From: Gammaproteobacteria bacterium
GTDB taxonomy: Bacteria; Pseudomonadota; Gammaproteobacteria; Pseudomonadales; Azotimanducaceae
NCBI GenBank assembly: GCA_030123805.1
Contig: JASJXV010000002.1
Span: 682-64,681 of the forward strand
Reading direction: 5' to 3'
DNA: 64,000 nt
In this document: positions 1-8,914 of the stretch, piece after piece
Numbering within the stretch: the stretch's first letter is position 1
Layout of the letters: each line of letters begins with the position of its first letter
Translations under genes and position numbers: made by a program
The notes under the pieces: model-generated
What the model was told of the DNA's origin: nothing
Databases searched by the model: none
Seen by the model: the letters and a program-made list of their open reading frames with translations, nothing else

Positions 1-786
1 ATTGAAGATGCCAACAAGTTGCTGCAATTTGGTATCCCGGAAGATCCCTCAGATGCTGTAAGTAACTATACCAGGGCTGGTGAGTGGCCTGCCCAGCAAG
101 CGGTTGAAAATGCGAACGTTCAAGGTGCCTTTGTGTTCTGGAATCATCCATGGTGGTCAAGGCAGACACCGAATGGAATTCCCGTTATTCCGGAGTTTCA
201 TACCAACAACGCAAAAAAGGGGCTGTTGCATGGCATTGAAATAGCTAATGGCAATGCCTATTCAGAGGAAGCATTTCAAATTGCGCTGGATCACGATCTG
301 ACGATGATAGGGGTGTCGGATGTACACAATCTGATCGATTGGGATTATAAACCCCACGAAGGCGGTCACAGGCCGGTGACGCTTGTGTTTGCAAAGGAGG
401 CAACTGCTGACGCTATTAAAAAGGCACTGTTTGCACAGCGTACAGTTGTCTGGTTCAAGAATCTGTTGATCGGGAGAGAGAAGTACCTGGTCCCTTTACT
501 GGAAGCATCTCTCACCATGGACTCGGCTGTCTACTTTGGTGAAACCGAAATCGTTCAGATCAGAATCTCAAACCGATCAGACTCAGATTTTCAACTCAAG
601 AACCGCACTGATTACACCTTTATGGGTCGATCAGACCTCGTTGAAGTACCGGCCCACGACACGATTGAACTCTATGTCAAGAGAACGCAGAAGTCGAAAA
701 AAATCAAACTCGTTTTTGAAGTGCTGAATGCCCTGACAGCTCCCAAAAAACATCCTTTCATCAAATTTACCGGGCAACTTGAATGA
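1..786 (+). CDS. PHP-domain-like metal-dependent phosphoesterase, C-terminal part (5' end outside window)
   Basis: Frame 1 is open from the window edge to TGA at 784-786; the ORF-track start at 19 is only the first TTG. Segments HGIEIANGNAY and MIGVSDVHN resemble PHP/histidinol-phosphatase-like phosphoesterases (family call from memory). Confidence 0.45.
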   Translation: MEDANKLLQFGIPEDPSDAVSNYTRAGEWPAQQAVENANVQGAFVFWNHPWWSRQTPNGIPVIPEFHTNNAKKGLLHGIEIANGNAYSEEAFQIALDHDLTMIGVSDVHNLIDWDYKPHEGGHRPVTLVFAKEATADAIKKALFAQRTVVWFKNLLIGREKYLVPLLEASLTMDSAVYFGETEIVQIRISNRSDSDFQLKNRTDYTFMGRSDLVEVPAHDTIELYVKRTQKSKKIKLVFEVLNALTAPKKHPFIKFTGQLE

Positions 787-842
787 AAAAAGGGACGGAC
801 GGATTATTTTTTAGTGAAAAAGGGGACGGAGGGAATAAATTA
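786..842. repeat. Two same-orientation copies of the GGGGACGGAG-core intergenic repeat
   Basis: Copy a is 786-812 (AAAAAAGGGACGGACGGATTATTTTTT) and copy b is 817-842 (AAAAAGGGGACGGAGGGAATAAATTA). They lie between convergent genes. The core is shared with 15034-15121 and 58482-58565. Confidence 0.6.
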
Positions 843-879
843 TGATCAATTCGTTATCACTGTATGCAGAGAATACAAT

Positions 880-2328
880 TTAGCCGGATGCCTTCTCAAT
901 TGCCAGTTTTCGGGCAGCCAATTGTTCCTGAATTTCAGTATGTCTTTGCTTGTTAATCCGGTACCCCGCATAGAATGCAATTGCAATAAACCCGGGGATC
1001 ACCGCAATGGGACCATCCATCATTCCTAACCAGAACACTTTATCCGGATCCACCGTGCCCGGAGATGCTCCAGTTGGGAACTCGATTACATCGATAAATA
1101 TACCGGCTATGAGATGTCCCATACCTGAAATAGCTTTCGCAAAAAAGGTTCTTGCGGCATAGAACACGCCTTCCTGGCGACGATTGGTATGCAGTTCATG
1201 TTCATCTGCTATGTCCGCAAGAGCTGACATGACGCTGATATTGAGAACCGCACCACCGTGATAGCCGAATATCGAAATAAACACCAGTAGTGGCATCAGG
1301 ATTACAGAATGATTCTCCGGAAAAAAACCGAGTATTCGTAACAAGATCGGTAGCGCCGAAAATGCGCACATAACAATAAGCGATCCAAGGATTGTCGGTT
1401 TTTTGTCAAACTTGACATGATAACGTGCGGTTAGAACAAAGGCGGAAGCATAGCCAAATAGTGATGCCAGGTTATACCAGACGATCTGTTCAGACCGTAG
1501 CTCCCAAAAGTAAGTGCTAACATGATTGCCCAGGGTTTCACGTGTACCCAGCATGGCGCTTAGAAAGAACAGACCCAGCAACAGAGACAAATAGTTTCGA
1601 TTCTTTAACGCAGATAGCATTTCGTTGAATATCTGACGGAATTGAAAACCACGCTGGTCGTCAGTAGGCTGGTGTAGTTTTGCAATCTGGTCTCTGGTAA
1701 ACCATGCGGATGCAAAGATCAATATCAATGCAGCCAGCGCAACGAAGATGCCAAAATGCGGATAGGCCTGCTTGTTGAGTAAGCCATAAGTGAATTCGGG
1801 AGTGGCCACAAAAAATACGGTGAGACCAAGAATATGTGTACCTGCTCCGCCTATCCACCCAAAAAAATTGTTGTAGCTCATTACCACTGAGCGTTGGTGA
1901 TAGTCTTTTGACAGTTCGGCTCCCATAGCAAGGTGGGGAACCGCAAACAGGGTTAAAAATGAACGCAGTAAAATCGTAAAGGTGGTAAACCAGAGAAATA
2001 GCGATAGCCCCTGCAGCGCTTCCGGTGGTGTATAGATTGAATAAAAACAGATTGCCACAGGTATCGGCGCAGCAAACATGAAAGGATGTCTTCGACCCAG
2101 CCTGGATCTAAGTCGATCAGAAAGTACGCCGATTAGTGGATCTGTTATGGCGTCGCAGATAAGCGCGATGGTAACGGCAAGACCCGCCAGCGTACCGGAT
2201 AATCCAAGGATTTGATTATAGAAGAAAAAGTTAAACGCATTGAAACCTACGTTTATTGCTGCTTCGGCAGTTGCACCAATGCCGAAAGCCAGTTTGGTGC
2301 GCATGGCTACAACATCGTTCTGATCCAA
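880..2328 (-). CDS. MFS transporter, GPH (glycoside-pentoside-hexuronide:cation symporter)-like
   Basis: 482-aa polytopic membrane ORF. The N-terminal motif DAITDPLIGVLSDRLRSRLGRRHPF is typical of GPH/MFS symporters. Confidence 0.8.
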   Translation of the reverse strand: MDQNDVVAMRTKLAFGIGATAEAAINVGFNAFNFFFYNQILGLSGTLAGLAVTIALICDAITDPLIGVLSDRLRSRLGRRHPFMFAAPIPVAICFYSIYTPPEALQGLSLFLWFTTFTILLRSFLTLFAVPHLAMGAELSKDYHQRSVVMSYNNFFGWIGGAGTHILGLTVFFVATPEFTYGLLNKQAYPHFGIFVALAALILIFASAWFTRDQIAKLHQPTDDQRGFQFRQIFNEMLSALKNRNYLSLLLGLFFLSAMLGTRETLGNHVSTYFWELRSEQIVWYNLASLFGYASAFVLTARYHVKFDKKPTILGSLIVMCAFSALPILLRILGFFPENHSVILMPLLVFISIFGYHGGAVLNISVMSALADIADEHELHTNRRQEGVFYAARTFFAKAISGMGHLIAGIFIDVIEFPTGASPGTVDPDKVFWLGMMDGPIAVIPGFIAIAFYAGYRINKQRHTEIQEQLAARKLAIEKASG

Positions 2329-2518
2329 TTAGATCTCCGGTAAAAGTAAATTCACAGGAAATCCAGCATACTCGAGGATTAGTGATTGGGCCACTGAAAA
2401 ATATTACGTCACCTAGCACAGGGTTCGTTATGCCAGGGTGTAGTTCGAGTCATCGCTGTAAAGAAGGGTTGCCTGCAACGATCCAGGATTTGTCCAAATA
2501 GCTTAAACCTGTCTGCAT

Positions 2519-4333
2519 TCATGTGGTGATGAAAGAGTAGTCAGGTAGTGAAGCGACATAGCGGCTATGTACGTCCACATAGGTCTCTCGATAAATACGA
2601 TCGATCTCTTTTCCTGGTGGGAAATGCTGGCTAAAACCCGGGATCTCAGTGTCCAGGGTCAGCATGGCGGAGCGCTGAATATGCGAGATTAGAATTCGGG
2701 GATCTTCCAGGCCAACCGAGATCCGCATCGTGGTGGGCGCTATACCAGCTTCTTTGAGGTCTTCTTCAGATAATTCAGAGTGAGTAGTCAGGGCCGGACA
2801 CAGGGCGGCGGTGTTGGTCTGTCCCAGACTGACCTGCATCCCGATAGCTGGCTCCAGACTGTCATAGAATCGTTTGAAAGCAGTGCGACCCATGGGTGTT
2901 ATGGAATCATCACCTTCCATATCTATCGTAAAAAGCGGAGCGGGTAGGCCGAGCAACATTTGCTGTTGCATTAATTTTGCGTTTGGGTGACCTGGAATTG
3001 CGCCACAATTCACATTGATATGGGGATGCTGTGCCAGAATTCTGGCAAGTACGATGGTATTAATAGCCTTATTCAAAACACGCATCTCATAGGTGCGCAT
3101 GCCGTTCAGCACCTCGAATGCCTTGTCGGCGTCCAGAAATGCGCCTTTCACATAGTAGACATTCCAGAACATGGTCTCATCCCAATTAATGGTTTCCAGA
3201 TGACCATCGGGGCAGGTGAGTTCCTGACGGTCACCTTTTGGCATGAACATGCGCTCATTGCGCGCTATTACGACACCTGCGGTAGTTGCACCGCTGCCAC
3301 TCAAGTCTTTGGTGTAGGAATGCACCACAAAATCAGGTCGCTCCATGGGATCTTCCCGCTTCATCACGGGATGCAGGAATGGCGTCCCGACCGTGGAATC
3401 GCACATGAGCGTCAACCCCTTCTCATGCACCACCCGAGCGATGCCAGATACATCAAGCACCGTACCATGGGGGTTGCAGGGTGATTCGATGAAGACATAG
3501 ATTTGCCGTCCTTCAGCCAGGCGATCAGCATACTTTATTTCAAGTGCATCCAATGCGGCTTTGTAATCCGAGCCATACGGGCCATCAACCCATTCAAGCG
3601 CCATATCGAGATTGCTTTTTTTGTGATACCAGTCGTGTAGTAATTGATGGGTGCCGCCATAGACATTACGACCGGCAAGCAAGATATCCCTGTGACCAAG
3701 CATATGCGCGAAAAGACAATCGATTGCAGCCATTCCGGAGTTGAAATTCCAGGCCATATACTCACCGGCGCGTTCACCGCACTCCAGATCAATCATATGG
3801 TTAGCCAGGCTGATAGATGTGGGATTGAGCAGTCGAGAGTAGATTTCATGCAAGGGTTCACGCCCCTTGAATGCATCTTCAATCCATTCGGTGCAGGCGA
3901 ACAGATAGGTTGCCGTACGCGTTATGACCGGGGTAGCGGAAAAGAGCGCGGTGACGTTATCGAATAAGGGGTAGGGACCCTTGCTGGCAAAACCCCCTTG
4001 CCGGGTTGAAATTGACTGGTAAGTGGTGCGTAGTGGATTCTGCAGGTTGTCCAGAATCTTGGCTAATTGGAAACAGACGAAACGCTTGGAATTGAACCAG
4101 GCGATACGGTCAGATTTGTCCAGGCTCGCCAGGGTTTCTATAGTAATACGCCACAAATCATGGGTGGATACATTGGCACGGTATAAGGAAGTCGCCAGAT
4201 CACCCAACACGCGACCGTAGTCGGTCGCCGGATCGATACCAAAATGGTGCAGTTGTTCTTCAGCGAGAGCTTCAGGTGTGAGTTCTTTGGTAGTGTTGCG
4301 GAGCGGACTCAGTTGTCTCAATTTCGTGGTCAT
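2519..4333 (-). CDS. PLP-dependent enzyme of the Cys/Met-metabolism (trans-sulfuration) family, with long N-terminal extension
   Basis: 604-aa ORF. YSRLLNPTSISLANHMIDLECGE...NSGMAAI and HSYTKDLSGSG (PLP-lysine context) match the cystathionine synthase/lyase-type fold. About 170 aa upstream of this core is unassigned. Confidence 0.65.
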   Translation of the reverse strand: MTTKLRQLSPLRNTTKELTPEALAEEQLHHFGIDPATDYGRVLGDLATSLYRANVSTHDLWRITIETLASLDKSDRIAWFNSKRFVCFQLAKILDNLQNPLRTTYQSISTRQGGFASKGPYPLFDNVTALFSATPVITRTATYLFACTEWIEDAFKGREPLHEIYSRLLNPTSISLANHMIDLECGERAGEYMAWNFNSGMAAIDCLFAHMLGHRDILLAGRNVYGGTHQLLHDWYHKKSNLDMALEWVDGPYGSDYKAALDALEIKYADRLAEGRQIYVFIESPCNPHGTVLDVSGIARVVHEKGLTLMCDSTVGTPFLHPVMKREDPMERPDFVVHSYTKDLSGSGATTAGVVIARNERMFMPKGDRQELTCPDGHLETINWDETMFWNVYYVKGAFLDADKAFEVLNGMRTYEMRVLNKAINTIVLARILAQHPHINVNCGAIPGHPNAKLMQQQMLLGLPAPLFTIDMEGDDSITPMGRTAFKRFYDSLEPAIGMQVSLGQTNTAALCPALTTHSELSEEDLKEAGIAPTTMRISVGLEDPRILISHIQRSAMLTLDTEIPGFSQHFPPGKEIDRIYRETYVDVHSRYVASLPDYSFITT

Positions 4334-4506
4334 TGTGTGTCTCCTGAAAACATAATTGCCAGATCACCATTTTACCATTCACCAACAGAGATGTGAGTGA
4401 ATAAAGAGCTACCCTCAGCAAGAGTTGGGATGATCTCTAATACCCGGTGAAATAAGAGCGCCATAAGCAGGAGCAGTCCTGTGGTTTCAACCTGATTCGC
4501 GAACTA

Positions 4507-5212
<706 letters not shown>

Positions 5213-5553
5213 GAGTCACAGCCACCCTGGTCAAGTAACTCACATGATTGCAGTTTCAAAAAATAGCAGGTCGTTCCCCGCGGGACCCGGCGTCTTACAG
5301 GTTCTTGACTTCATTAGATTCCGCGTTCTCGCAATTTGCTTGCGGTTTCGGCGTTTGCTCTGCACTCGCCGATCCCAACATGTAAGATCTGTTTTACCAA
5401 CCGGGATTAAAGTAGTCGGAATAATGTTCACCAACCAGTCGAGCGTATATAGTAGAAGGCATGACCAGTTATCAATCGCAGAGTTATGGTCCATCTGGCT
5501 GGAGTTGACCCGCTTTAGTGGACACGAGATCCTTATAAAAGGAGGTGTCTATT

Positions 5554-5868
5554 ATGGGCAAGACAAGAGTCCCGTATACACGGGAGTTTCGAGAACAGAT
5601 GGTCGCATTGGTTCGATCGGGAAGAACGCCAGGAGAATTGGCGAACGAGTTCGAACCGACAGCGCAATCAATCGTTAATTGGGTGGCACAAGATGATCGC
5701 GATGCGGGTCGACGTGAAGATGGCCTAACCAGCGTGGAACGCGACGAGCTCAGGCGGCTTCGACGCGAAGTGAAACGGCTGGCTGAAGAACGCGAAATTT
5801 TGGCAAAAGCCGCGGCCTGGTTCGCAAGGGAGACCGACTCGATTCCACCCAAGTCTTCGAGTTCGTAA
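5554..5868 (+). CDS. IS3-family transposase OrfA (HTH / leucine-zipper part)
   Basis: ATG at 5554 lies 8 nt after AGGAGG (5540-5545). The sequence MGKTRVPYTREFREQMVALV...LRRLRREVKRLAEEREILAKAAAWFA is typical IS3 OrfA. An A-AAA-G motif sits at 5805-5809. Confidence 0.85.
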   Translation: MGKTRVPYTREFREQMVALVRSGRTPGELANEFEPTAQSIVNWVAQDDRDAGRREDGLTSVERDELRRLRREVKRLAEEREILAKAAAWFARETDSIPPKSSSS

Positions 5869-5870
5869 AG

Positions 5871-6743
5871 GTGAATCAGGCCGACCATAGTGTGTCCACG
5901 ATGTGCCGGGTGCTGGGTGTCTCCCGCAGCGGGTACTACGCGTGGCGGAAACGTTTACCCTCGGTGCGATCGATCGAGGATGAGCGACTGACACAGCGTA
6001 TCGAAGCGATTCATGAGGAGTCCCGAGGGACCTATGGGGTTCCGCGGGTCCACGCCGAGCTTATCGAAGCAGATGAACGGGTGAGTCGCAAGCGGATTGC
6101 CCGGTTGATGCGTGATTGCGGTTTGCGCGGCGTGTGTCGTCGCAAATGGGTGACCACCACGGTACGCAATGCGCATGATCGACCGGCGCCGGATCTGGTG
6201 GACCGGGACTTTAGTGCCGCGGCACCCAATGAGTTGTGGGTCGCCGACATCACGTTCGTTCCGACCTGGGAAGGATTTCTGTATCTGGCGGTGGTGCTGG
6301 ATGTGTTTGGCCGCCGGATCGTTGGCTGGTCAATGGCCAACCACTTGCGCACCGCGCTGGTGCTCAATGCGCTGGAGATGGCGCTCGATCAGCGCAAGCC
6401 CAATGGGGTGATCCATCATTCCGACCAGGGATCGCAATACACGTCGATTGCGTTCGGGAATCGGTGCAAAAAGGCCGGCGTACGGCCCTCGATGGGTACA
6501 GTGGGTGACTGTTTCGATAATGCGATGTGTGCGAGTTTTTTCGCCACGCTGGAGTGCGAATTGATTGATCGTGTCGTATTTCGGACTCGCCAGGAAGCAC
6601 GACTGGCCGTGTTTGACTTCATTGAGGGATTCTACAATCCGAAACGCCGCCATTCATCGATTGGCTACCTGTCCCCAGTGAACTTCGAAGCCCGCTGGGC
6701 GCAGACGCAACAAAGTCACTCGGGTGAGTTGACATCAAAATGA
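5871..6743 (+). CDS. IS3-family transposase OrfB (DDE integrase core), probably made as an OrfAB fusion by -1 frameshift
   Basis: The frame is -1 relative to orfA and open from 5787. MCRVLGVSRSGYYAW, HHSDQGSQYTS and a C-terminal RRHSSIGYLSP are typical rve/DDE motifs. A slip at A-AAA-G (5805-5809) would join the two frames. Confidence 0.85.
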   Translation: MNQADHSVSTMCRVLGVSRSGYYAWRKRLPSVRSIEDERLTQRIEAIHEESRGTYGVPRVHAELIEADERVSRKRIARLMRDCGLRGVCRRKWVTTTVRNAHDRPAPDLVDRDFSAAAPNELWVADITFVPTWEGFLYLAVVLDVFGRRIVGWSMANHLRTALVLNALEMALDQRKPNGVIHHSDQGSQYTSIAFGNRCKKAGVRPSMGTVGDCFDNAMCASFFATLECELIDRVVFRTRQEARLAVFDFIEGFYNPKRRHSSIGYLSPVNFEARWAQTQQSHSGELTSK

Positions 6744-7140
6744 GGGGTACCTAAGGTATGGGTAAGGTAACGAAAACCGCTCACAGAGCACGACAGGAAG
6801 CCGTTTTTCTTTCAAACGATATAACTATGCTGCGAGGATGGCATATTGGGCCAATAAAAGGCCTAATGCCTCATCGCATAATCAAACGCTAACCTGTCCA
6901 CCAAAGCGGGGTAGGTCCAATGTACCCGAACGACTGGAAGAATTTGGAACCAGGACTTTGGCTACAGCTTGAACTGGGCAGTGTGTGCTCCTGTGCCCCG
7001 TCAGCGATGCGGCAAGTATCTCGAACTGTATAAAAGTACGTCTCTTGTCTCTCGTTGGTGCTGGCTGATAACGGCTGCCAAAAAGTCTGCTAAAATTATA
7101 GATGATTTAGAGAGAATCTAAGGACGCTGGAGTTTTGACT

Positions 7141-8058
7141 ATGTCAGGCAAATGGAAAGAAGTGGTCAGGTTACGGTTTAAAGGTGAAAGGTTTCGTGAC
7201 CATGCCTTGGATTTAAGCGCCCTGGGCGGGTTGAGCCAGTTTCAGAAAATGGTGGCGGAAACAGCCAAGGTCTTGTGGCGTGCAGCGCATCCGGATCAGG
7301 GCAGGTTGCCGCGGCATTTTGAGCAGCGAACCCGGTTGTGCCTGCGCACCATAGAAGAAGGGAGTGCAACGGTGCCACTGGAAGTATTTATGGAGGACGA
7401 AGTGATACAGGACCTGTTTGGTCCGGTGGAACCCGTTGAAGTAAACGAGGCAATCGGTCTTGCCTACGAGGTTTTTGAGGCGTTGGAGAAAGGTGACACA
7501 CTTCCAGACCGGCTGCCAAGATCGCTGATTCCGGAGTACGCGAAATTCAGCCAAACGTTAGGGCCGGAAGAGGAGATCGAAATAAGCACCCCTGAAAGAG
7601 AGCCTGTGCATTTGACGTTGGTTTCAAAACAGAGGCTGACCGAGTATGTCGAAAAGACCTACGAGGCTGATGTGGATGTAACCGGCCAGGTCCTTGAAGC
7701 GGATGTTAAACGCCAGCGGTTTCAACTTTGGCTGGATGATACGACGAAGGCCACGGTGAGTTTCACAGAACAACAAGAAGATGAGGTAACCACCGCACTG
7801 AAAGAACACCAACACCGAAATATGCAAGTGAAAGGATGGGGCCAATATTCTTCCGCTGGCAAATTGCTCCAGGTCACCCGCATTGATGAGATGAAACTCT
7901 TCCCCGTCGGTGAATCATTGTTCGATATGACTGCGACGCCGATAGAAGAGGTGTTGCAAGATCTGGCAAAAAAAATACCACAGGAAGACTGGGATGCATT
8001 TCCCGCTGACCTGACAGATGATCTCGATCACTATCTATACGGTACGCCAAGGAAGTGA
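7141..8058 (+). CDS. Acidic 305-aa protein of unknown function in the antitoxin position upstream of a PIN gene
   Basis: ATG at 7141 lies downstream of GGAG (7128-7131). The stop TGA (8056-8058) overlaps the GTG start of the PIN gene (GTGA). I recognise no family for the first ~270 aa. The tail is IPQEDWDAFPADLTDDLDHYLYGTPRK. Confidence 0.6.
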   Translation: MSGKWKEVVRLRFKGERFRDHALDLSALGGLSQFQKMVAETAKVLWRAAHPDQGRLPRHFEQRTRLCLRTIEEGSATVPLEVFMEDEVIQDLFGPVEPVEVNEAIGLAYEVFEALEKGDTLPDRLPRSLIPEYAKFSQTLGPEEEIEISTPEREPVHLTLVSKQRLTEYVEKTYEADVDVTGQVLEADVKRQRFQLWLDDTTKATVSFTEQQEDEVTTALKEHQHRNMQVKGWGQYSSAGKLLQVTRIDEMKLFPVGESLFDMTATPIEEVLQDLAKKIPQEDWDAFPADLTDDLDHYLYGTPRK

Positions 8059-8474
8059 AGATAGTATTTGCCGACACACTCTACTGGATTGCGATTGTTA
8101 GACCCCGCGATCCGTGGAAATCTGCTGCACAGGAGGCAAAGCATTCCCTGGGTAATACGGTAATAATTACCACAGATGAAATTTTAATTGAATTCTTGAA
8201 TCACCTTGCGGAGGGTGGATCGCAACTCCGCGAACAAGCGGTGAAAATGGTTGGCGCCATTATGGATAACCCTAATGTCAGGGTAATACCACAAACCCGG
8301 GACTCCTTTCTAAAAGGTTTGTCGTTATATGAACAACGTGCGGATAAAGGATATAGTCTGACCGATTGCATTTCGATGCATACTATGAAGAGCGAGTCGG
8401 TCACTGAAGTGCTTACAAATGACCATCATTTTGAACAAGAAGGTTTTATGGTCCTGATAGAGAAAAATCTATGA
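8055..8474 (+). CDS. PIN-domain ribonuclease toxin (VapC-like)
   Basis: 139 aa with the four conserved acidic positions of PIN domains: D7 (VFADTLYW), E42 (TTDEIL), D104 (SLTDC) and D123 (LTNDHHF). There is a 4-nt overlap with the upstream gene. Confidence 0.8.
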   Translation: MKIVFADTLYWIAIVRPRDPWKSAAQEAKHSLGNTVIITTDEILIEFLNHLAEGGSQLREQAVKMVGAIMDNPNVRVIPQTRDSFLKGLSLYEQRADKGYSLTDCISMHTMKSESVTEVLTNDHHFEQEGFMVLIEKNL

Positions 8475-8914
8475 ACCCTCGCAGGATGCGATGAGCTTTA
8501 AAGGGCATAAAAGCTTGCGAACTGAAGGTGTTCATTTTCTGGATTCTATCTCCATTCTCGCTAGATCTTATTTCCCGTCCATATTGGATTATGTAGTCGT
8601 ATAAATGTAATTCCAAGGTGAATGTTTAACGTCAATTCCTTTTCTGCTGCGTATAGAAACAGTCCCGTTTAGTGAGTTACGCAGCAGGCCAATCTATAAA
8701 TTTGCAAACAATCATTTTACCCCCACCCGCAATTCATCCAATATCATACTTTACAAATAGACGCCTTTATGTAAAGTGGCCTTCCATCGCCCATATCCGG
8801 AGGGTGAGAACTATGTTGTCAGCCCCGCAGTGAAATCATCTTACCGAATTCGCCAGGGCGATCTGGTGTTCACAGTCTGTACAACCAAGGATCTTTCGTA
8901 ATGGGAACATACAT

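Larger units (their letters stand above)
5500..6919 (+). mobile_element. IS3-family insertion sequence, apparently complete (1420 bp)
   Basis: The terminal inverted repeats are TGGAGTTGACCCGCTTTAGTGGACA (5500-5524) and the reverse complement of 6895-6919 (TGGACCTACCCCGCTTTGGTGGACA). They match at 20 of 25 positions and have TG...CA ends. The element encloses orfA and orfB in a 0/-1 frame arrangement. It is G+C-richer than its flanks by eye. Confidence 0.85.

Noticed and set aside
5645-5660. GTTCGAACC-like string that resembles a tRNA T-arm.
   Set aside because: It lies inside IS orfA coding sequence, and no cloverleaf (acceptor, D or anticodon stems) can be built around it. I found no tRNA in the window.
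5240-6653. Several overlapping ORFs (5244-5678, 5484-5888, 6032-6367, 6330-6653 and others) around and inside the IS element.
   Set aside because: They overlap or run antisense to the well-supported IS3 orfA/orfB, or they span the IS boundary. Their composition is that of spurious frames in G+C-rich DNA.
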